A stretch of DNA of 64,000 bases from Octopus vulgaris (Eukaryota): NCBI GenBank assembly GCA_951406725.2, contig OX597814.1, forward strand, positions 203,236,001-203,300,000, in the 5' to 3' direction. The position numbers and the translations under genes are program-made. The notes under the pieces were generated by a model that made no database searches, was not told the DNA's origin, and was given only the letters and a program-made list of their open reading frames with translations. Shown one piece after another: positions 10,838-21,440 of the stretch (position 1 is the stretch's first letter; every line of letters starts with the position of its first letter).

Positions 10838-13045
10838 TAATAATTAAACATTTAAATTTAGAAAAATTAAAAGAAAAGTTTTTTTAAAAGAATATTTATA
10901 TAGTGTTCAAATACAAGTGGCATTTTCCTTGTTTCTGCCTGTCCCTGTCTCTCTTGTTTACTGTGAATACACCACATATATATATATATATATGGTGTAT
11001 TCACATGTATTTAAGCACATGGATATAGACCTGACATTTGGTGATAAAGGAAAGGAACAGAGAGTAACTCATTGAAAATGTTTCAGTTTTATCCAACCGT
11101 TACCAAAAATTAGGTTAACAGCCTCAGAAAATGTTTCCCATTAGCAAAAATTGTTTTTTTCTTTTTTAATGGTTATGTTTAAATGGCAGTTTGCAGAAAA
11201 GAAATCCAGTTGAGAAAATGTCAAATACTACAACTAACAGTAGCATTAAATGTGTGGTTACTCAGCCAACAAAAAATAGCAGCCAAATGTCCCACAGTCT
11301 AGAAGAAAATAACAGCATGTATGATAATGTAGTTTTAGTTATATTCTGTGAAAGTATAGTCATCATATAAAGATTATTGTTTGTTAGGATGTTGGCCTCA
11401 AAATTGTAAACACAGTTTTTGATTCCTGGACTGATTACACATTGTGCCCTTAGGCAAGGTACTTTATATAGTTTTCTTTACTAGTCCAGTCAGTTATATA
11501 CATGTATGTATATAAATCACACCCCTAATTTAATGTTAAACCCTGTTATGAAATGTTTTTAACCTTTGCTCCATATATAAGTTTTACCTCAGTTTTCTCA
11601 GTTACATCAAGGATAAAATAGTGCATCTTACACATGTATAAATACAGTAATTCATCAGCCACAGAATGGCATCTTATAGGCTATTAGAACAAAAATATGC
11701 CGCAAATCTAAGATGCGGTCAACAACCCTTGATGGTTATACAGAAGCAATAATAAATTATGTCTGCAGTAAAATTGCAATACATGCTATAAAACCTTTGG
11801 TTCTAAGATCTGCACACTAACAGGGCCAGCATTATGTATGAGGGTGCTAAAACCTGGAGGTGCCAGGAAAAACTATTCTTATAACCTTAGCCTTCGTATG
11901 GCTGTGTGGTTAAGAAATTTGCTTTGCAATCTCATCGTATCAGGTTCAGTCCCTCTTTACAACATCCTGGGCAAGTGTCTTCTACTATAGCCTATGGCCA
12001 ACCAATGTCTAAGTAAATGAATCTGGTAAATGGAAACTGTGTGGAAGCCCATGTGTGTGTGTTTATTTATCGCATCCCTATCACCACCACTTAACTACAG
12101 TGTTGGTTTGTTTACATCCTTGTGACATAACAATTCACCAAAAGAGACCCATGGAATAAACACTAGACTTGAAAATAAGTCCTAGGGTCAAGGCAAAGCT
12201 CCAGCATGGTCACAGTCCAATGACTGGAATACGTAAAAGATAAAAGATATCTGCCAACCAAGAATAGCTGTAATTACTGGAACGGTCTTTTAGCAGAAAC
12301 TTTAATCCTCCCCACTTAAATCATTGATACTGTTTTGTACACAATATCTTATTAACATAAGATACCACTACTACTACTGCTACTGGCTGTGTTTGTAAAC
12401 AGTCACAACTGAGAGAAGTATTCCTTGTAGTGCTAGTTCTTGGCCATTGAATACCTTGGCAGCAGCCCTGCACAGTGCAGGCTTAGAGAAAAGTTACACA
12501 GCATTGCTCTCATTACTCTATGTTGTATTGGTGTAATTGTAGGTTACTACACACACACACACAATTTCTCTATAGCTGTATCATTGTAGCAGGCTGTATT
12601 GCTGCTCTATAACATACTCCAAATACTGTAGATAAATTTGCTAATATGATACCACATACAAAAAAAACAGCAGTGATGTTATATTTAATTATATGTTGCA
12701 AATAACTTGTTTATTTGCCACAAGTAAATTTACTACTGCAACTATATATATATATCTTGGGTGAAACACTGTCACGACCACCATCATAATCATTATATTT
12801 TGCATCTATCCTCCTAGGCTTGCATAATTTGACCTAGTAGGGGTGGGGGAAGTATAGTTCATTTTTTTCTTAATACCAGGATTGTTGAAGTAGAGCAGCA
12901 TTGGCTGTAGGCTTCGAACAGACCAATCACTGTTCCACTTCATACAGGGTGGTAAGAAGTACAAAGAACTTCATTCATTCAAAGGACCTTGGCTTCTCAC
13001 TGATGTTTACATCTCTTGCCTATATATACCAGCAAAAGTTTTATT

Positions 13046-13079
<34 letters not shown>

Positions 13080-13080
13080 C

Positions 13081-13742
13081 GGTTTAGGCAATTGAGATTC
13101 AAGTGAGTTCTAATGAATTCATATGAATATGGTACGTAACTTGGATGCACCGGAAATCTATATGGTGTTAACCATACGACAAAGTGGGGTGATTACAAAT
13201 AGGAAAAAAGCAACAAGAATGGATCAATATATCGGTACAATTGTTTCGTACAAGGACATCTTTAATAAAGCTACAAAAATTGCAGTAAATATAGGTGGCT
13301 CGTACTCATCAGCCGAAAAAACATCCTACTATGAACTATATATTGACAAGCACATATTCTGTGAGTTCGATACCTCTCATCGGATCTCCAGGAATCAAAC
13401 TTTCTTCAATACGGATAAACTCATACCCTCATTTTTATCTTCACTATCTGGAAAACTAAGTTGTTTTGAAAAAACTTTTTAATAACCTGATATATGACTG
13501 TGTAATACTAATTGAACTCTTAGAAACCAATTTGTTATCTAAATTCTCATTTTTATAGAATTATCCATGATGTTTCACGAGTGTAACATTACCCCCTTTG
13601 ATGTTTGGGAATCTCAGATGTTTTTTCGGCTGATGAGTACGAGTCACCTATATTTACTGCAATTTTTGTAGCTTTATTAAAGATGTCCTCATACGAAACA
13701 ATTGTACCAATATATTGATCCATTCTTGTTGCTTTTTTCCTA
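13081..13742. mobile_element. PLE-type fold-back insertion in a (TA)n array, with two hammerheads
   Basis: Inverted arms of about 125 bp (13201-13325 and 13618-13742); (TA)n on both sides. Confidence 0.65.
13232..13316 (-). ncRNA. Type I hammerhead ribozyme, C3-G8 core, extended stem II
   Basis: UCGG-CUGAUGA-GUACGAG...CUUGUAC-GAAAC[AAUU]GUA-CCGA; mirror copy on + at 13626-13710 with stem mismatches. Confidence 0.8.
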
Positions 13743-14233
13743 TATATATATATATACGTACACACACATACATAAACACACATACACACTCTCACACACA
13801 CTGACAGGCATTGTTGTGTGGCTAAGAAGTTTGTTTCACAACCACAAGGTTACAGGTTCAAACCTACTGCTCAGCACCTTGGGCAAGTGTCTTCAGCTCC
13901 TGCTCCAGGCTGACCCAAGCCTTGTGAATGGATTTAGCAGATGGAAACTCTGTGTGTGTGTGTGTGTGCGCGTGTGTGTGTATGTGTAAGAGGGTGCACT
14001 GATATTCCACTGGTCACTACAAAAGCAATGTAGTTCTTTTGCTTAAATTGCTTGCAGACATTATGGTCTGTTGTTCCACACTTTTGAAAACCTTTGAAAT
14101 ATTAAAGATTCCTTACCAGAAAAACAGGTAAGGGTTGGTTATAAGAAGAGTATCATCTGGCCATAAAATCTTGCCTGGAAACCAGTTCTTGTCTAAGCTA
14201 TCCTAACATGGGGGAAATGGATGTTAAATGAAT

Positions 14234-14886
14234 TGTAGTGATGCCGTCTTGGAAATTTCCTGCATGCATGCGCAGAGTTGGATTCTTCCGGGAGGCCTGC
14301 CGGAAGTTCCCTCATGCAGAAAACTAGCAGCAGCAAAGTTTCCCTCACTCGGCCTCTCGAAAGCTGACAGCCAAACAGGACGGTTGTGTTTTAGCAGCTC
14401 TCTCTCAAGCTGCCACCTCGTGGCCTTGCTACACTATGCTTGAATGGACAGGATTGGCCCAGTGAGCTGGCAGAATCGTTAGCACGCCGGGTGAAATGCT
14501 TAGTGGTATTTTGTCTGCCGTTACGTTCTGGGTTCAAATTCCACCAAGGTTGACTTTGCCTTTCATCCTTTTGGGGTCGATTAAATAAGTACCAGCTACA
14601 CACTGGGGTCGATATAATTGACTTAATCCGTTTGTTTGTCCTCTCTGTGTTTGGCCCCTTGTGGATAGTAAAGAGATAAGATTGGCTCACTCCACTTGAC
14701 TACAGCGACGAGCTCCTAGGCTGCCGATTCGCCCTGAAGAAGAATGTATATATTCCGAATCCAGAAATAAAGTATTTATGCTGTTGAAGTTAATCGGAAG
14801 TCTTGACTCTTTCTTTCGATTAATATTTTAATGTAAGGGATGAGAGCTGCACCCATCCAGTGTTACAGACTTTTCATCCCGTTACA
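14234..14886 (+). mobile_element. Possible LTR remnant interrupted by a SINE
   Basis: TGTAGTGATG ... CATCCCGTTACA termini, internal AATAAA near 14766, followed by aTTGGCG (PBS-like); GC- and CpG-richer than its flanks. Confidence 0.4.
14459..14679 (+). mobile_element. Nin/Deu-domain tRNA-derived SINE
   Basis: gagctggcagaatcgttagc...gggttcaaattcc...tttgcctttcatccttttggggtcgattaaataagtaccag; flanking duplication GATTGGC. Confidence 0.85.
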
Positions 14887-15914
14887 ATTGGCGTGTGCTT
14901 GCATGTGTGTGTGCATGCATGTGTGTGTGTCTGTTTGTATAGAGATAAATTCCTCAGCATTTAAAGTTGGTGCTTCATCTCTTTGCTGCTTGGTGCAGTC
15001 CATCAGGTGACAAAATGGGTTGAACATTGAGAGAAAACCTGAATATCAGTGGAGTGTATCATCAGCTTTAAACGAATGTGTAAACATTTATACATAGGGG
15101 CAGGCATGGCTGTGGGGTTAAGCAGCTCACTTTGCGACCATGTCACCTTGGGTTCAGTCCCACCACGCAGCATTTTGAGAAAGTGTCTTTTACAATAACC
15201 CCTGGGCAACAAATGTCTTGTGAGTGAATTTAATAGACAGAAGCTGTGTAGAAACCCAGTGTGTGTGTATGTACACATATACACATATGTAAATATGTCT
15301 TTGTATCTATGCTTTACAAACAGTACCGGTTTGTTTTCATCCCCCATGACTTAGTGGTTTAGCATAAGAGACTAATAGAATAAGTAACACACTTAATAAA
15401 AGACAAGTATGGCCACAGTGGAATGACTGAAACAAGTAAAAGATTATATTGAGGACTTTTTCTCCCACATGTACATCGAAATGTATGTACATGTTTGTAC
15501 TTACTAACTTATATCCCATGTTCACTCTTACAATATTCGTGAAGAACTTTTCCAAACCTTCAACATCATGGACATGTATATTCATTTTCTTTCATGCCAT
15601 AACTGTTCCACGTGTTTGTTTTCCATATCCACACATTTCTTTAATCACTCCATATCAGAGTTTCATGAATTTATCATCAAAATCTTTGTTTCAATTTTAA
15701 GACCTTATTTATTGCTTCTCTTGTTTTTTAAAAATTATTTTGGGGTTTTTTTCCTCCCTTTATTCATCTTTTTAATGTGAATGTTTCTCTTGGCTCTGTG
15801 TCTCTCTCGCTCCCATTTAAGTGACAGAGACCTGGATCATGTGTGTTCTGTCTCATGGTTACTAAAAACTGTTAGGGTTGGTAACTCTCCATTTATTATA
15901 ATGCTGTATTTCAG

Positions 15915-15998
15915 ACGTACACAACGAAGACCTCGACAGATGCCTCCAGAAGAGGACCAATACCATGAAGCTATTCATGATAAACATTCCCTACCTCA
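15915..15998 (+). CDS. Cadherin first cytoplasmic exon (84 nt, symmetric phase 2-2)
   Basis: tatttcag| ... |gtaagt; (R)RTQRRPRQMPPEEDQYHEAIHDKHSLP, basic stop-transfer cluster after the TM. Confidence 0.8.
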
Positions 15999-16153
15999 GT
16001 AAGTATGACCAACTCCATCAGAATGCTACAAGAGTTAAGACACACACACATGCAAGCATTCACTTATCAGCCATTATCCTGATACAGATCATAAAAGCAA
16101 ACCATAATTCTTGTACACAAAATTAAATATCAAAGAAATAATATACAGATATT

Positions 16154-16541
16154 AATAGTTATCGCCATACTAATATGGCAGTCTAAATATAAGACTAAAG
16201 CTGTCGCTGATTAGCTCCAAGAGGCCACCGCCTCTAGCTAGCTATATGACACACGAACCTGCGTCCATTACAACCTTCAAACAGGGGAGGTCAGCCATCT
16301 GCAGACCTGTTTCAGGGTTGTTGCCCTTTATCAATGCAGCGTAGTCAGAACCAGCAGGTGTCACTACTGACCGTCTGTTCGAAGATTTTATTCACCTAGT
16401 TACAGTGGAATACATCCACTTGTTTTCAATAATAGAAATATTAAAATTACTAAGTCTCTCATATTAGTATGGCGATAACTATTAATATCTAGTAACGCTG
16501 CCGTAATCTCCTTTAGAGAGACTTAGTAATTTTAATATTTC
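16154..16541 (-). mobile_element. PLE-type insertion with overlapping inverted segments and a hammerhead
   Basis: Direct repeat TAATATACAGATATT at 16139-16153 and 16542-16556; inverted pairs 16147-16176/16461-16490 and 16432-16460/16516-16543. Confidence 0.6.
16299..16339 (-). ncRNA. Minimal hammerhead motif, U3-A8 core variant
   Basis: CUGCA-UUGAUAA-AGGG[CAACAA]CCCU-GAAAC[AG]GUC-UGCAG; 5-bp stem I and a GUC site. Confidence 0.65.
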
Positions 16542-19500
16542 TAATATACAGATATTTAGCTGTAAACTGTTAGCTTTTTTCTGTCTTTGTAAGTTCTTAA
16601 AATCTAGGAAGTTAAATAAACTCCAATGATGTAGTGAATATTATTGTGTCAGAAAATCCACTGGCTAAAAATTAGTTTAAGTCTAAAAGAAAAAAATAGT
16701 TTCCAACTAATAGATTGAAAATGATACAAGAACAAAACTGTTGTGAGATTGAATGTGTCAGTTTGACTCAATGAGATAATAATGTCACCTGATTATGGGT
16801 AGTGGTAAGTTTGGCTGGTTAACAGCCTGTAGAGATTAAATAATATCCTCATACAGGACTTAGTGCTAAATTTGTTGGCAAACTACTTCCCAAGTTTCTG
16901 TTTGCTTGTAACATTGCCATCTTTTATAAAAAAGATAGTGTAAAGAATTAGTTTTATTTTTTACATTAACTTAGAGACTAAATAATTGTCAAAATATTTT
17001 GCTTGTTTTGATAACAATTGTTATTAGTTACTCTGAGAAAGAGGAACTATACTGCTGGTTTTCACAGCATTTCACAGTGAAGTTTATGGAGATGATATTG
17101 AGTTTGAAGCTGTACGGATATGAAAATAACGGTCACAGTAAATAATGGTACAGTAAAGATTGGAGAAGATGTTTAGTGTGACATGAGAATGAAACAGTGA
17201 TTTATTTTAGCCAGTGTGGGTGGAGCCCTGCTAGCAGACAAACATGAATAGAAAGTGGACAGGGAGGCAAATTAAGAGGATGTCATACAGTTGACAAATT
17301 CAGAGGAGCAGGGGCCATTGTAATAGGAGCAGATGAGACAAAATAATACAGTATGTCAGTAAATGGATATAGTGTGATGATAAAGGCTTGTTTATCAGAT
17401 GGATGATCATTGTTGTATGGAGATCACATATGCATGAACATATGGCTGTGCTATCATAGATGTGTTGTTGTGGTGGTATTTAACCTGATTAAGCAGACCT
17501 AAGATAAAAAGCTTTCCAACTATGACTATCCATCTTGTTTTCAGGATCAGTGTATCTAGGACTACCAATTTTGTTGCCCCATTTTCTTGAATGTGAAATA
17601 AAGTGTCTTGTTCAAGGACAAAACACCCTCCCCAATCCTGGAACCAAACTCACAAACTTATTTTCGTGAGACCAATGCATGCTGTGTAATCTCCATTCGT
17701 CTCTTTTACTTCTTCTACAGCGGTCTCTGCTTGTCTGAACTTGCCAACTGTATGATACCCACCAGATGTAACTACTTGAAATAGGAAATGTATCTGCAAT
17801 TAAACGAGTGTCAGAAACTAGTCTGATCTGAAGTAGTTTCTCTGATGTGTAATGTCTGGGTGAGGCAGAATGCTAAGTGCTGTCGTAGAAAACTAGATTG
17901 CCATCATTCTATTGATAGATGTTGGAGGTTATTACATATCAACAGTCTAATACTGGGAGTGATTTGTTCAACTAAAACTCTTCAAAGTGGTGCCTCCCAC
18001 CCCACAAGCATGGCGACAATCCATTGATTGAAGCTAGCAAAAGATAAAGGTTGATAGAATAGTGTGTGTGTCCGTAATTCATACTCACTGTTGAAAGGTC
18101 GTTCAACAGGAAGTTTCCAACGCAAAAGTTGAAAAAACTGAATGAAACCCTTGAGTGAGTGAACATTTTCGTTGCACAACTCTCCAACCAGAAGCAGTTG
18201 AAGCTTTTGATGATGAACAAGCATGACTGGGGGGTCAGGTTGTCTTCCCTAAGTGACCTTTTATGAGGATAGCACTTAGGGCTCTGCTGTATAAGCCTGT
18301 ATAGATTTAGGGGCCCAGAGTGGGAGGGATCACTAAACTCAAAGGCTGCCCCAGGTGACGCCGCATGTTCTACCTCTGCCACTCTGCTGATACTAAGAGC
18401 TATAGCACTGCTTTTACCAAAATTTCAGAACTAAAACATTATTGGTATGTGATGTTTACAGGTATTTGTGGAATTTGGTTCTATGTTGTGATTTTCTTAC
18501 AAACCCATGTTGGTATTTTTCTTATTCTTTTCCTCTCTCGTTTTTAGACTTTGCTCCAAAAACATTTCTAACAAAATTGTTGTTCTGCTCTGTGATAAGT
18601 TTGCTTTACACACCTGTAAGAGTTAGCACTTCCTTCTCTAAGCCTAGATTCGAAATTGAATCCAAGAATCATCAGTCGTCAAAAACCAATGCATGTATAG
18701 GCGCGAAATTTAAGGATCTCTTTGTTCTGTCAAAAAGTGATTGATCATCTCCTTTTGACCTGCGACTTCAGCCATGTCAGGCGAAGTTCAACTGGACAAG
18801 CGCTGACCTACTTAGGTAGTAACTCTGTTGCAGTATGTCTATCTTTCTAGCTGTCTCAAATATTATAAATGCAACGGGGAAAACAAAGAAGACAATCGCA
18901 GCGAAGATGGCAGCAGACAGATCTATCTCGCCCCGCGTTTTGGAAACGACAGAGAAATGCCTACAGTATCTATCGACTACTGTTTCGAATGATTCACGCA
19001 CACACCCACACACACAAACATATTCATCTTTAATATGTGTTCTATACAAGCAATTCGTAACAATTGCTTACATTTGTATGTAGTGTACTTATAACCCATG
19101 TAAATAAATCCCTTTTTAATCATGAAACAATTTATGTATTTATTTACATACACACACATCCACTACACACCTTTCAAATAGATAATCTTATTGTATCATA
19201 ATTAATTATAGAATTGATAATTAATTACAAAATTCTAAAAACAAGAAATTCATAATGTACAGACATGGCTGTGTGATTAAGAAGCTGACTTTGTAAGCAC
19301 ATGGTGTCTGTTCATTCCCATTGCATGGTACCTTGGACAAATCCCTTTTGCTGTAGCCCTAGGCTGACCAATGCCTTATAAGTAAATTTAGTAGACAGAA
19401 ACTGTGAAGAAGTCCTTTGTGTTTGTATTGCCCCCCCCCTACCACACAAATACCAGTTTAGTGACTCACCAAGCTAATGATAAGATTGGGCATTTCCACA

Positions 19501-20375
19501 ACAAAACTATTTTGATTTGAGTGAAGGCTTTCAGAACAAAAATTAATCAAACTACAATCAGTTGCTATCATCATCATCGTTTAACGTCTGCTTTTCATGC
19601 TGGCATGGGTTGGATAGTTTGACATGGAACTGGTTAGCAGGGATCTGTCCAAAGGCGGCAAGCTGGCAGAAACGTTAGCACGCCAGGCGAATTGCTTAGC
19701 AGTATTTTGTCTGTCTTTACGTTCTGAGTTCAAATTCCGCCGAGGTCGATTAAATAAGTACCAGTTACGCACTGGAGTCGATATAATCAACTTAATCCCT
19801 TTGTCTGTCCTTGTTTGTCCCCTCTGTGTGTAGCCTCTTGTGGGCAATAAAGAAATAAGGGAGCTGTCCAAACTCCAACTGTCTGTTGTGGCATGGTTTC
19901 TACAGCTGGTGACCTTCCTAATGCCAACCACTTAACAGTGTCCTGGGTGTTTTTTACCAGCATGGCTGCATTTACACACCCCCAGCACAGGTGCTTTTGA
20001 AATAGCACCTACACCTGAAAGGACAAGCTTGTATGTGTGGAAGACAACAATTTTACTTACCTGGACGAGTCTTATCAAGTACAGCAAATCGCCACATCTG
20101 CCAGTCCTTTGTCATTTCCTCAATGAGGCCCAGCATCAGAAGATCTTTTCTCACCACTTCATCCTACATCTTCCTGGGTCTACCTCTTCCACATGTACCC
20201 TCCACAGTTAGAGCTCAACACTTATGATAAAATATTTTTCACTTTGGCAACTCAAGAATGGATTTGTAATGAATTAATAAATAAATGATAATTACAATCT
20301 TACAATTATAAATCAATTTATTGTGCCAATGCAAACGACCTTGTTATTTTGGCTGATAATTGAGAAAAATGGTGT

Positions 20376-20747
20376 TCTCTTTTACTTGTTTCAGTCATTT
20401 GACTGCAACCATGCTGGAGCACCGCCTTTAGTCGAGCAAATAGACCCCGGGACTTATTCTTTGTAAGCCCAGTACTTATTCTATCTGTCTCTCTTGCTGA
20501 ACTGCTAAGTGACAGGGACGTAAACACACCAGCATCGGTTGTCAAGCAATGCTAGGGGGACAAACACAGACACACAAACATATACACACACACTTATATA
20601 TATATACATATATACGACAGGCTTCTTTCAGTTTCCGTCAACCAAATCCACTCACAAGGCATTGGTCGGCCCGGGGCTATAGCAGAAGACACTTGCCCAA
20701 AATGCCACGCAGTGGGACTGAACCCGGAACCATGTGGTTGGTTAGCA
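20376..20747 (-). mobile_element. CORE-type tRNA-derived SINE
   Basis: Near-identical to copies at 48544 and 50577-50935; + strand relatives at about 10013, 11897, 13806, 15097, 19263 and 22765. Confidence 0.85.
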
Positions 20748-21107
20748 AAAATTAGTCTGTTGTTTTGTTTTGTTTTTTGTTTTTCATATTAGGCTAAGAA
20801 CAAACATAACTTTTTTCAGCATTCAGATTACCCTGTCGCATGTAATGTTTATTTATTCCCATTGTTTTGAATTAACCATGCTTTATCTTGTAGCTTTGAG
20901 ATTTCAACAATGTGATTGTTTGTGCTTTTAATGACATTGTCAAGTAGGTGTGAAAGGCTAGATGTGGCCAGTTTTAACAGGGAACAGGTGGGATATTTGG
21001 GTCTGGATATGGCCAGTTTAAGGGTTAGTGTAAAGCCCCTGAATAGTTATCTTCATATTTCTCTCTCACTCTGTGTGTGTACGTGTACATACATACAAGT
21101 AAAGAGA

Positions 21108-21135
21108 GATATATACAGACATATATAACACACAC

Positions 21136-21167
<32 letters not shown>

Positions 21168-21170
21168 ACA

Positions 21171-21210
<40 letters not shown>

Positions 21211-21293
21211 TACATACATATATACATACACCATATACACATATATATACATGCATACACACACACACATACATACATACATACATGCATACA
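21108..21293. repeat. Compound (TA)/(CA)/(TACA) microsatellite
   Basis: Direct reading; source of the YI/CV-rich pseudo-ORFs. Confidence 0.95.
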
Positions 21294-21408
21294 TCGTTAG
21301 GTGACAGGTGGCCAGCAGGGTTTCAGGTCTGAAAGATATGCGGTAAGGCTAAACCCCTTATGAACAAGAAACCTAGGGTAACCCCATAAACCGGCCTGCC
21401 CCACTATA

Positions 21409-21440
<32 letters not shown>

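Noticed and set aside
13123-13801. Two ORFs sharing RKKATRMDQYIGTIVS...
   Set aside because: The shared peptide is the two arms of one inverted repeat; no protein family recognised
14731-14765. Hammerhead-like CTGAAGA-AGAATGTATATATTCC-GAAT
   Set aside because: No intact GAAA, no cleavage triplet and no stem I partner
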